This document shows, piece after piece, positions 17,829-31,193 of a stretch of DNA of 64,000 nucleotides. The notes below the pieces were generated by a model, which saw nothing but the letters and a program-made list of their open reading frames with translations, was not told where the DNA came from and searched no databases. The stretch is from Syntrophales bacterium (GTDB lineage: Bacteria; Desulfobacterota; Syntrophia; Syntrophales; UBA2210), in NCBI GenBank assembly GCA_963666365.2, contig CAXXNF010000001.1:576001-640000 (forward strand), given 5' to 3'. A program made the translations under genes and the position numbers. Within the stretch, counting starts at the first letter, position 1. Each line of letters starts with the position of its first letter.

Positions 17829-18170
17829 CTAGTCTTTCAATACCCGCGAGGGATCCGATCGGAGGTTTTCGAGCTTTGATTTGAAGGCGTCGTTCGGTTC
17901 TACTCCCGCTTTTTTGAGCATCTGCTCAGCACGGAGACCGATATTTCTTGTGTCCTTGTAGAAGGTTTCGTTTCTTTCGGCGCCGGGGGAATAGGACGAA
18001 AGACGGTCGGCATCGGACAGGCGAACGCTCACCTGCGATATGATCCGCTTCATATCGCTCGATCCGCAGGAATCGCACACCAGTCCAGGAGGATCTTCAA
18101 ATCCCCTGACCAGCACACTCACTATCGCCCCGCAGGCTCTGCATTCATATTCGTAAATCGGCATGATCAA
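17829..18170 (-). CDS. FmdB-family zinc ribbon protein
   Basis: MPIYEYECRACG...CDSCGS. Confidence 0.85.
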   Translation of the reverse strand: MIMPIYEYECRACGAIVSVLVRGFEDPPGLVCDSCGSSDMKRIISQVSVRLSDADRLSSYSPGAERNETFYKDTRNIGLRAEQMLKKAGVEPNDAFKSKLENLRSDPSRVLKD

Positions 18171-18226
18171 TCTGTATCACTTCTCCCGAATAATCGCAAC
18201 CATCTTCGCAGGACCATGGACAGAAG

Positions 18227-19021
18227 CTACAGTTCATACTTTCCTGCAGCAGGTCTTACCGGAATACCTTCGGCCGCCAGAAACGATTTAATTTCTCCCA
18301 CCCGGTATTCATCGTAGTGTACCATGGACGCAATGAGGGCCGCATCGGCATCGGCTTTTACAAAGACATCCCGAAGATGTTCCGGTTTTCCGGCGCCGCC
18401 CGAGGCAATCACCGGGATGGAAACACCGCGCGATATGAGCGCCGTCAGCACAAGCTCGTATCCATCGGTGGTACCATCGGCATCGATCGAATTCAGGCAG
18501 ATCTCCCCGGCCCCCATATCTTCGGCCCGCTTCGCCCACTCAAGGGCATCCATCCCCATGGGAGTCCGTCCGCCATTGATCACGACCTCATACCCCGAGG
18601 GGAGATCCGGGCCCACCTCCACTCTTTTTGCGTCCATACCCAGTACGATACACTGGCTCCCGAAGGCCCGGGCGCCCAGAGTGATCAAATCGGGATTGAG
18701 CACGGCTGCCGAGTTGATGCTGATCTTTTCGGCGCCCGCCTGCAGTACGGCGCTCATGTCGTCGAGGGTCCGTAGACCGCCGCCCACGGAAAAGGGGATA
18801 AAGATGTTCCGCGCCACGGCATCGACCACCTCTATCATGATATTACGTTTCTCATAGGAAGCGGTGATATCGTAAAAGACCAGCTCATCCACGCCGTCTT
18901 CATAATATTTCCTGGCCATATTGACGGGATCGCCGATATCGACATTGCCTTCAAATCTGATCCCTTTTGTGGTTTTTCCCGCCCTGACATCGAGACAGAC
19001 AATAATGCGTTTACTAAGCAT
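18227..19021 (-). CDS. hisF: imidazole glycerol phosphate synthase cyclase subunit
   Basis: [33 protein letters not shown]. Confidence 0.95.
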   Translation of the reverse strand: MLSKRIIVCLDVRAGKTTKGIRFEGNVDIGDPVNMARKYYEDGVDELVFYDITASYEKRNIMIEVVDAVARNIFIPFSVGGGLRTLDDMSAVLQAGAEKISINSAAVLNPDLITLGARAFGSQCIVLGMDAKRVEVGPDLPSGYEVVINGGRTPMGMDALEWAKRAEDMGAGEICLNSIDADGTTDGYELVLTALISRGVSIPVIASGGAGKPEHLRDVFVKADADAALIASMVHYDEYRVGEIKSFLAAEGIPVRPAAGKYEL

Positions 19022-19023
19022 GA

Positions 19024-19638
19024 CTAGAGCATCCCATTCCATTCGGAAAAATTTTTCAGCATACGCAGTCCGGAAGGACCGCTTTTCTCGGGGTGGAATT
19101 GTGTAACCACCACATTGCCCTTTCCGGCAATCGAGGTAAACTCTATTCCATACACAGTTGCGGCAATTCTGTCGTCTGGAAGGGAAGGGTCGGGATAGAA
19201 GGAATGGACGAAATAGAACTGCGCCCTGCGGTCGACTCCCTGCAGCAGCGGATGAGATCGCACAACCGATATGTCGTTCCATCCCATGTGGGGTATTTTA
19301 AGATTAGAATCGGGGAAGCGTCGCGCCCTTCCGGCGATAATGCCCAGGCAGGGGGTATCGCCGTCCTCCTCGCTTTGTTCAAGCACGATCTGGGCGCCCA
19401 GGCAGATCCCCAGAAAGGGCGTCTTTTCTCTGACAGCCTCATGGATTACGGCATCAAGCCCCCGGGATCGAATTGTCTCCATGGCCGAGGCCGCGGCGCC
19501 CACGCCCGGGAAAATAACCCGATCGGCCGAAAGAATATCCTCCGGCGTAGAGGTGATCCGACAGACTACCCCGAGATGCTGGAGGGCCCGTTCGACGGAC
19601 TTCAAATTTCCCGCTCCGTAATCGATGATGGCAATCAT
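19024..19638 (-). CDS. hisH: imidazole glycerol phosphate synthase glutaminase subunit
   Basis: [31 protein letters not shown]. Confidence 0.95.
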   Translation of the reverse strand: MIAIIDYGAGNLKSVERALQHLGVVCRITSTPEDILSADRVIFPGVGAAASAMETIRSRGLDAVIHEAVREKTPFLGICLGAQIVLEQSEEDGDTPCLGIIAGRARRFPDSNLKIPHMGWNDISVVRSHPLLQGVDRRAQFYFVHSFYPDPSLPDDRIAATVYGIEFTSIAGKGNVVVTQFHPEKSGPSGLRMLKNFSEWNGML

Positions 19639-19674
19639 GGCCCTGTGTCCTTCCTTTCTTGCATCTTGAACCGT

Positions 19675-22600
19675 TCAGTGTCCCTTGCCGGCAGAAAGGC
19701 CTGTGCCGTCTGTTCCCACGATCTTGCGGGCAATCACGTCGGCACTTTCTCCCAAGAGCGTGGCAACCGCGCAGTCGCTGACAAACGCATCCTGCCAGGC
19801 CACATTGTACTCCGTCACAAAATCTTTGATTCTATTGAATTTATCGCCGATGATGTCTCTCTTTTCATCGACGGTCAGATGCTCATTGAAGTGCACATGG
19901 ATTAAGAGCACCCTTTCGATCACTCCCCCTTCACCGATGAGAGGCGCCATGACAAATGACGCTCCATCAGACTTCCCCAGTCCTGCATACATTTCACCGG
20001 TGCTGACTATCGCCCTCTTGGTTCCCATGAGGTCGCCGCTTTTTTCGATCCTCGAAGTCATGGTCAGAGAGATACCGCCCCGTTTCATGATGGTTATAGT
20101 TGAGGACTCCTGAGGCTTCCCCTCGAAATCAAGGTTTTCAATCGCATAGAGTGTGTAGCCCCTGATGCCCGTCACTGCTTTCTGAATCCTTCCGAGGGCA
20201 ATCCCGTTTCTTCCCGTAAGATTTTCAAGAGAAATCCCCATCGTGCGCATAAAATCGAAGATGATTCCCTCGGGAATTTCCTCTTTCCTGCTGGTACCGA
20301 CGGTGACCGTCTTTGCCTGATGCCGTATGGCATCGATGGGACGGACCAGTTCGTCGATGGCCCGACCGAGCGTAATATCGAGCATGTCAAGAGGAGATGA
20401 TGAAACTCGTTTTTCCTTGAAATCGTTACGGAATTCCTCCAGAGGCAGCTTTCCCGTCACGTACTTTAAAAGCAGTGCAATATCGGCGGCGATGTCGGCG
20501 CTGAGCGACGCGAAAAAACCGTTGTTTTTCCTCCCGTGAAAGAGTGAAGAAAAGTCTTCGATGGTACGGTGGAAATCAGGATCGTCAGTCTTTTCAAAAA
20601 GACTGTACCCCTTTGCCTCCATATCCTGCACCTGGCGGACCAGCGCACTTCTGAATTCACGCAGGATAGTCGCCTCCTCATTGATGCTGCAGGCGGCGTA
20701 ATACCCCCAAAGATGCCCCGCAAGCGTATTGAGTATGACCGTTGCGGGATAGTCGGAAGAGGGAACGGGAATAACCGCATCGGCAATACCGTCAAATCGT
20801 TTCTCCCCTTCTTCCGTCACCACCACCACCGACGACGCGTGGGCCTTGAAAATGGCCACATCCTTCACGATGTCGCCCATTACCGGTTCGGGATTACCCG
20901 CCGCAAGCACCAGGATAAGGGGTTCTGATGACAGATCGATGTGTTTTTTGTCTTCCACAATATCCGACGATATTGTCTTGTAACAGAGCTCGCTGAGCTT
21001 GATGCGGACCTCGTCGGAGGCCACTTTGTTCGGTCCGCTGCCCACCACGGCCCAATACCGCTTCCTTTTCACCGATTCCCAGGCCGCGTTTCTGATTGTT
21101 TCTCTTTGCGCGATCACCCGGTTCATCAACTCGGGACAACGCTCCAGACCCGCGAGCTTACGGGTGGCAAATTCATCCGTGACCGTACCGAGAGAGCGGG
21201 CAAAATAGAGCGCCAGCACATACCCGGCAACCACCTGGGAATAGAAGGCCTTTGTCGATGCCACCGACATTTCAATGTCGCGCCCGTCGCTGGTATAAAA
21301 CACCCCGCTCACCATATGCGTGATATCGGACTGTCGGCGGTTTACGATGGCTATAAGGTGGGCGCCTCTTCTCCGGGCCATGGCAACCGCTCTGTTCGTA
21401 TCGGTAGTGGTCCCCGACTGGGTAACGGCGATGACAAGCGTATCGCGAAGATCCCTTTCCAGCAGGAAACCGCTCAGTTCAGAGGCCCGCATCGCTTCAA
21501 CGCGAAGGAATCCTTCCTTCAGGTAGAGCGCCAGTGCCTCCGCAATGGCGGCGCCGGCAACAGCCGCCGTTCCCTGCCCGATCACGTACACATTTTTTAT
21601 TGTTCCCTCTTTCAGGGCATTTTTGAGCGCAGGGGTAATGATGTCATTGCCCAGGTTAAAGGAAACCGCCGACATGCCTTTGATACCCTGTTCAAATCGA
21701 TATTTTCCCCTCAGCGTTTTTTTCATGGACAGGGGCGCTTCCAGAATTTCCTTTAACAGATAATGAGGATGGTTATTGCGATCGATATCTCTCGTCGTAA
21801 TCTCGGCCTTCTGCAGAAGACGTTCATCAATCGAAAGGTGAAACCCATCATAATAACAGGCTTCGATACCTTCGGTGCGGGCTGCCCGATTATTCAGGAT
21901 GAAAATCTGACCTTTGGTAGAGGGATCGCCCGGAATTCGTTCGGTTTCTCCATCAATCTTGATAAATTCGGAGGTCAACTCCACCAGTCCGTACACCTCG
22001 GAAGAATAGATGAACTGGTCGTCGCAGAGCCCCACGTAGAGCGACTGGCCGCTTCCTCGAAGAGCCAGAAACACCCTTCCCGGCTCCAGCGTGCTCTGCA
22101 TAGCGATCGCATGGGAACCCTCAAAATCATTGACGGCATGACGAAAGGCCTCATCGAGACGCATCCCCCGAAGGAGATACCGCTCGATCTGCAGGGGGAT
22201 AATCTTGGTATCCGTGCTCACCGCACGGTCGATTTTCCCCCTCCCTTCGTCCTCAAAGGCCTTTCGCAGCGCACTATAGTTGTCGATATCGCCGTTGAGC
22301 GCCACATCGACAGTCCAGTTTCCCGATCCATAACAGGGATAGTTCCTGCAATGGGCGGACTCGCCTGCCGCAGGGGAAACTATGTGATTATTCAGGGGAT
22401 GGCAATTTTCGATAGTGATGGATCCGACGGAGGCCCATCGCGTATGGGCCATGAACATCTCCGGCCCGGAGGCCCTGGGAAGCAGGTGGTTCAATACTGC
22501 ATCCGACGATAGCGCCTTTCTGAGACACCGGGTGTTTTCACCAAGCTCGCCGGTAATGGAGGCCGTTTTATAGGTAAAGGTGATCAGGGGAGGGCGGGTG

Positions 22601-23454
22601 TGCGATGCGTCCAGTGCGAAACGAATGGAACCGTCTACAAGGTCTCCCGGCGCCGACCGTCCTTCGAATTCCTTCAAAAGACGTCCTTTCCTCAGTGCGT
22701 CAACGTATTCGTTCCAGTCATCAAAGGTATCAAATCCAAGCAGAATCTCTATCCCCGCCGAATCTCTTCCCCGCACCTCGATTCTGTCGAGCGTGTTCAG
22801 CAGCAGGTCTATTTTCCGGTACCTTCCCAGCTCTCCCTCACCTGCCCGACTGCTGCGGTTTTTCTTTCTCAGGTTTTTTACACGCGAAAAGGCGGACAGG
22901 ATGTCACGGTCCAGCGCCCACACCAGATCTTTAAGCGCAATGAATCTGCCGTTGATCCCTTCTATTTGATCCGTCGAAAAACGCTCTGCGCTCTCATCGA
23001 TCATCTTCTCCTCGCATGCAGCGAATTCTCTCAGGCTCCTGCACATATCCTCCAGTAATATCAATGATTCGGCGTCCTGTGAGAGCTTTTCAAATGTAGC
23101 GGTGCATTTGAGCTGTCGCAGCAATCGGGCAACAGTCTCCTGGACGTCCGCACCGCCCAGATAACCGTCCAGAGTGACGGATCCGTTGAGCACCTCCCCA
23201 AGCCCGCTTACAGTAATGGAAATGGCGGCAGTCGAAAGATCGGCGGCAATCGACCGGGGTTCCCGTCGCCTTTCCTGCGCAACGGTCAGAATACCGGCAA
23301 GACCACAGAACAGCGTAGCGGCCATAAGCGGAAACACCACGACGGATCGGGGAGGGACATTACGGGGATCGCGCCCCACAAAGACCTTCCTGTTTCCCCA
23401 GTCAGCCAGTAGGTGAAAACTTTTTTTCATACAGCGCACACTACGAGCAATCAT
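19675..23454 (-). CDS. glmS: extended glutamine--fructose-6-phosphate transaminase-like protein (start uncertain)
   Basis: CGLAG, RGRDSAG, AHTRWA, NGDIDNY, QSGTTTDT, VASTKAF, IKLSELCY, AKTVTVG; about 1250 aa. Confidence 0.8.
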   Translation of the reverse strand: MIARSVRCMKKSFHLLADWGNRKVFVGRDPRNVPPRSVVVFPLMAATLFCGLAGILTVAQERRREPRSIAADLSTAAISITVSGLGEVLNGSVTLDGYLGGADVQETVARLLRQLKCTATFEKLSQDAESLILLEDMCRSLREFAACEEKMIDESAERFSTDQIEGINGRFIALKDLVWALDRDILSAFSRVKNLRKKNRSSRAGEGELGRYRKIDLLLNTLDRIEVRGRDSAGIEILLGFDTFDDWNEYVDALRKGRLLKEFEGRSAPGDLVDGSIRFALDASHTRPPLITFTYKTASITGELGENTRCLRKALSSDAVLNHLLPRASGPEMFMAHTRWASVGSITIENCHPLNNHIVSPAAGESAHCRNYPCYGSGNWTVDVALNGDIDNYSALRKAFEDEGRGKIDRAVSTDTKIIPLQIERYLLRGMRLDEAFRHAVNDFEGSHAIAMQSTLEPGRVFLALRGSGQSLYVGLCDDQFIYSSEVYGLVELTSEFIKIDGETERIPGDPSTKGQIFILNNRAARTEGIEACYYDGFHLSIDERLLQKAEITTRDIDRNNHPHYLLKEILEAPLSMKKTLRGKYRFEQGIKGMSAVSFNLGNDIITPALKNALKEGTIKNVYVIGQGTAAVAGAAIAEALALYLKEGFLRVEAMRASELSGFLLERDLRDTLVIAVTQSGTTTDTNRAVAMARRRGAHLIAIVNRRQSDITHMVSGVFYTSDGRDIEMSVASTKAFYSQVVAGYVLALYFARSLGTVTDEFATRKLAGLERCPELMNRVIAQRETIRNAAWESVKRKRYWAVVGSGPNKVASDEVRIKLSELCYKTISSDIVEDKKHIDLSSEPLILVLAAGNPEPVMGDIVKDVAIFKAHASSVVVVTEEGEKRFDGIADAVIPVPSSDYPATVILNTLAGHLWGYYAACSINEEATILREFRSALVRQVQDMEAKGYSLFEKTDDPDFHRTIEDFSSLFHGRKNNGFFASLSADIAADIALLLKYVTGKLPLEEFRNDFKEKRVSSSPLDMLDITLGRAIDELVRPIDAIRHQAKTVTVGTSRKEEIPEGIIFDFMRTMGISLENLTGRNGIALGRIQKAVTGIRGYTLYAIENLDFEGKPQESSTITIMKRGGISLTMTSRIEKSGDLMGTKRAIVSTGEMYAGLGKSDGASFVMAPLIGEGGVIERVLLIHVHFNEHLTVDEKRDIIGDKFNRIKDFVTEYNVAWQDAFVSDCAVATLLGESADVIARKIVGTDGTGLSAGKGH

Positions 23455-23590
23455 AGCCCCAACACGCAACTTTTTCACTTTTCTCTCGCATGATGCAATA
23501 ACGCAGAGATAACTTCCTTTATATTCTCTTTTACACTCCATGCCGAGGATTCTCCGCACTAGATTGCATCTCTTTCTTTCTGAATGTTTT

Positions 23591-23672
23591 CCTCCCGCAG
23601 GGACGCTGAGACGCCGAGGAAATCATTTTAGAATTCTTCTCTCAATCTCCGCGTCTCTGCACCTCGGCGCGA
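23591..23672. repeat. imperfect palindromic REP-like intergenic element
   Basis: Arms GCAGGGACGCTGAG / CTCCGCGTCTCTGC; related copies at about 41525 and 61900. Confidence 0.5.
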
Positions 23673-23704
23673 TCTATATATGCTTTTTCTCTTCAAACAT
23701 ATGA

Positions 23705-27603
<3,899 letters not shown>

Positions 27604-27604
27604 A

Positions 27605-29128
27605 TTACGCACCGGCATGTTTGATGCCAAGAATTCTCAATTCTTCCTCGTTAAGACCCACTCCTCGGAGTCGCCCTCTATTTCCTCTCAACGCCTCTAT
27701 TGCGCTGATTCCCATTGATCCCATCAATTCCTTTATCTCTTCGGCCCAGGCATGCAGCAGATTTTTCAGCGCCGCCGACGCCCTTGTCACATCGATGCGT
27801 TCTGCAAGCCCCGGCCTGTTGGTGGTGATCCCATAGGGACATTTTCCGGTAAAACAGCGCTGGCACATATTGCATCCAAGTGCGATCAGCACGGGAGTCG
27901 CCACATAGACGGCATCGGCACCGAGACAGATTGCCTTGAGCACATCTGAGGACGATTGAATGCCGCCTGACGCTACAAGACTCACCGTATCGCGTATCCC
28001 TTCATCTTTGAGCCGCGCGTCGGCAGCCGAAACGGCGAGTTCCACGGGAATACCCGTATTCTGGCGGATCTGAAGCGGCGTTGCGCCGGTACCGCCGCGA
28101 AATCCGTCAATGGCGATAATATCGGCGCCCGCCCGGGCCACACCACTTACGATCGGCGCCACATTATGAACAGCCGAAATCTTGACCGATACGGGAACCC
28201 GGTATTCAGTCGTTTCTTTTATCGCATAGATAAGCTGGCGCAGATCCTCAATGGAATAAATATCGTGATGCGGCGCCGGCGACAGTGCATCGCTTCCCAT
28301 GGGAATCATGCGCGTCTTCGAGACGGCTTCGGATACTTTTTCGCCCGGCAGATGGCCGCCGATTCCCGGTTTTGCGCCCTGCCCGATCTTGATCTCCACC
28401 GCGGCAGCGGATTTCAGATAATCCTCACTGACGCCGAACCTGCCCGAAGCGACCTGGACAATGGTGTTGGCGCCGTAGCTTCGCAACTTTTCGTGAAACC
28501 CTCCTTCTCCGGTATTCCAGAAGGTGCCTGCCGCTTTCGTGGCAATGGCCTCCGCCTCATGAACGCGCAGATTGAGCGCACCGAAACTCATTGCGCCAAA
28601 CATGATGGGCACATCAAGCTGAAGCTGGGGGCCCACTTCATCGCCATAATGGTTGGCCTTTCTTCCCAAATACCGGCGGATCTCCATCGGCTCCCGCAGG
28701 GGGTCTATGGAAGGATTGGTCACCTGGCAGGCGTCAAACATGATATGGTCGAAGTAACGCCGCTGAGGTCCCGTCGCGCCGCTTCCCACGAGCAACACGC
28801 CCCCTTCCGTTTTGGCCTGCCGCCAGATGTTGCCCACGTGCTCCGCCGTCCAGTATCTGTGAGACGTATACATGGGATTGTGCACAATGTGAATGGCCTT
28901 CTGGGGACACATTTTCGCGCATCGCTGGCAGGCATTGCAGGAAGACAAATTCGCCCAGGGACGGTAGTGCACGGCGCCGTCCTTTCCCTTTATCGGTTTC
29001 AGCGCTATTTCCCCGAATGAGCATTCCTTTGTACATTCCCTGCACCCGTTCTCATAATCGCATCGCTCGAGATCAAACTCGGGATGAAATTCCGGTATCA
29101 CATTCCAGTTGCTCTCCATCTCGCTCAT
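27605..29128 (-). CDS. glutamate synthase FMN-binding subunit (archaeal GltB2-type) with N-terminal 4Fe-4S domain
   Basis: AMSFGAL, NTGEGG, QVASGRFGV, IKIGQGAKPG.GGHLP, PAPHHDIYSIEDL, C..C..C..G.CP. Confidence 0.92.
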   Translation of the reverse strand: MSEMESNWNVIPEFHPEFDLERCDYENGCRECTKECSFGEIALKPIKGKDGAVHYRPWANLSSCNACQRCAKMCPQKAIHIVHNPMYTSHRYWTAEHVGNIWRQAKTEGGVLLVGSGATGPQRRYFDHIMFDACQVTNPSIDPLREPMEIRRYLGRKANHYGDEVGPQLQLDVPIMFGAMSFGALNLRVHEAEAIATKAAGTFWNTGEGGFHEKLRSYGANTIVQVASGRFGVSEDYLKSAAAVEIKIGQGAKPGIGGHLPGEKVSEAVSKTRMIPMGSDALSPAPHHDIYSIEDLRQLIYAIKETTEYRVPVSVKISAVHNVAPIVSGVARAGADIIAIDGFRGGTGATPLQIRQNTGIPVELAVSAADARLKDEGIRDTVSLVASGGIQSSSDVLKAICLGADAVYVATPVLIALGCNMCQRCFTGKCPYGITTNRPGLAERIDVTRASAALKNLLHAWAEEIKELMGSMGISAIEALRGNRGRLRGVGLNEEELRILGIKHAGA

Positions 29129-30192
29129 GAGGCCACCTTCCGATTTCCCTCTTCCGAGAGGTGAAGAATCACCGGTTCCCCTCCCCGGGGCGACCAGATT
29201 CTGTCCACATCGGGCGATAAAAGCCGAATGCTGCACTCTTCCGAAGATGCGTAGTAGGTGGCGCCTGACTGCGCACAAACGACGGGACGAAGTTTATTTC
29301 GGTCGTTGAGCACAATTGCCCCGGCTTTATGGGTTAATACGATTCCGAATGGGCCGTTTACGATAGCCGACCCGTAAATCTGGCGCAGATACCTCCTTTT
29401 TTCGTCTCCTGTCCTGTCGATTTCTTCCCAGAGCGGAGGCGCCATGACGCAGCAGGCATCCTCTTCAGTCAATCCGTCCCGCCGGGTCAGTTTGTCGTAT
29501 ATGTACGAAATCACCTCCGTGTCGGTCTGAAGAAGGCAGTAGTATCCGTACATTTCCAGCCAGCGTACATTCGTGCCATAACTGGTGATTTCGCCGTTGT
29601 GCACCACGGCCTTGTCCAGAATGGTAAAGGGATGGGCGCCTCCCCACCATCCAGGAGTATTGGTCGGGAACCGGTTGTGCGCGGTCCACATATACCCCTT
29701 GTAATCCTCGATTCTAAAGTAATCGCCTATATCTTCGGGATATCCCATGCCTTTGAAGACGCCGATATTTTTGCCCGACGACACCACAAAGGCATCCTGC
29801 ATGCCGTTGATATGCATGACGACTTCGGCAATGAAATCTTCCTCCGTCTGCTCCGGCGCCATATACTCCTCGATGGGCTTGAGAAAATAGCGCTTCATAA
29901 AGGGTCCCCGGGGTATTCTTTTGTTGGGGTAGACGGGAATTTGTTCTGACTGGTAAATATTCGTCTTCGTCCGCAGGTACTCCTCAACTTTTGAAATCGC
30001 CGGACTGTTGTGATCCCCCTCGTACATTACATGAAAGGCGTACTTATCTCTGTTCTCCGGATAGGCGCCGTAGACGGCGAAGCCGCCGCCAAGTCCGTTC
30101 CCCCGGTCTTTTTGTATTCGGATCGCTTCTTTTATGTAGCTCCCGTCTATCAATGTTCTGTCAGTGTTTATAATACCGACAATTCCGCACAT
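29125..30192 (-). CDS. glutamate synthase amidotransferase subunit (GltB1-type, class II GATase)
   Basis: MCGIVG, RGNGLGGG, HNRFPTNT...AHPF, HNGEI, DRNKLRP. Confidence 0.9.
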   Translation of the reverse strand: MCGIVGIINTDRTLIDGSYIKEAIRIQKDRGNGLGGGFAVYGAYPENRDKYAFHVMYEGDHNSPAISKVEEYLRTKTNIYQSEQIPVYPNKRIPRGPFMKRYFLKPIEEYMAPEQTEEDFIAEVVMHINGMQDAFVVSSGKNIGVFKGMGYPEDIGDYFRIEDYKGYMWTAHNRFPTNTPGWWGGAHPFTILDKAVVHNGEITSYGTNVRWLEMYGYYCLLQTDTEVISYIYDKLTRRDGLTEEDACCVMAPPLWEEIDRTGDEKRRYLRQIYGSAIVNGPFGIVLTHKAGAIVLNDRNKLRPVVCAQSGATYYASSEECSIRLLSPDVDRIWSPRGGEPVILHLSEEGNRKVAS

Positions 30193-30223
30193 GATATGCA
30201 CCTCTTTTTATTACATTCGCCCG

Positions 30224-30931
30224 CTAATTAGGACTTTTCCTTCTTGCGCGCCCATCGGAACTGCAAATATCGATAAGCCACAGGAAGTTTCCATAGATCG
30301 CCCGAGAGTGAACGGCAAGATCGGCCGCCATCAGCTCGAAATAATTAAGACTTCGTTCCCGTTCTCCCGTAAGTTCAGTCCACGTGCGCATCATAACGGG
30401 TGTGACGTCGACATGAAAGGAAAGTCCGTAGGCATTGGCATACCTGAAGGCCTGAACGGGACATTCCTCAGATCCGGCCAGAAGCAGGGCACCGTGAGGC
30501 GCCTCCAGAGTTTCACCATGGACCTGAAAAAAATTCATCGCCGGGGGAAGACCATAGAAAAGTATGTCTCTCCTTCCTTCTTGTGTAAGGACAACCCGCG
30601 TCCACCCCGTACGGCGCACCTCATTCTTGTACCACGGTGCATAACAGGCCTGAGCAAGTATGCGTGCGCCCAAGGCTATTCCAAGAACGGGCCGGTTTGT
30701 GTCCAGGGCGTGGCGCAGCAGTTCCACTTCCCTTTCCATAAAGTCTTGATCACTCGCTGTTTCCGGATTACCCACCGTCACCATTGCGTCAAACTCGGAG
30801 AGGTCTCTCGGCATGGACCTTTCCGAAAAGGGGGTGACGGTCTCCAGTTCAATGCCCTTAAACCTCATAAAATCTGAAGCTAAGGACGATGCATCTGATT
30901 CACTGTGGGCAACGAAAAGAATCCTTTTCAT
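30224..30931 (-). CDS. class I glutamine amidotransferase-fold protein lacking the catalytic Cys
   Basis: PVLGIALGA where GICLG is expected, and SFHVD where QFHPE is expected. Confidence 0.75.
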   Translation of the reverse strand: MKRILFVAHSESDASSLASDFMRFKGIELETVTPFSERSMPRDLSEFDAMVTVGNPETASDQDFMEREVELLRHALDTNRPVLGIALGARILAQACYAPWYKNEVRRTGWTRVVLTQEGRRDILFYGLPPAMNFFQVHGETLEAPHGALLLAGSEECPVQAFRYANAYGLSFHVDVTPVMMRTWTELTGERERSLNYFELMAADLAVHSRAIYGNFLWLIDICSSDGRARRKSPN

Positions 30932-31031
30932 CTCTTCTAATAGTATCTGTAGATACTTCTCCGTCTCATAGTCGCTGGCGCGGCTTCGACATCACTGCGC
31001 TCTCTCATTGTGTCATCGACAAAAAATGAAA

Positions 31032-31047
31032 AGCAACAACAGTGCCA
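31032..31047 (-). promoter_or_regulatory. sigma-54 (-24/-12) promoter of the GATase-gltB-pyrG-glmS-hisHF operon
   Basis: TGGCAC-TGTTG-TTGCT. Confidence 0.88.
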
Positions 31048-31146
31048 GTCACCTACCTGCAACAGTAAAGATTATTAACCTGCCAAGAATAAAGAATTAT
31101 ATGAGTGCGACGATCGTGACATGCATCCGCATTCACGCAACAGGAA

Positions 31147-31193
31147 CCTACACTATGGTAGGATTGTGAGAATGAAACCTACCGCTAGGTACG
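31147..31193. promoter_or_regulatory. tandem upstream activator sites
   Basis: CCTAC-ACTATG-GTAGG (31147) and CCTAC-CGCTAG-GTACG (31178). Confidence 0.7.
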
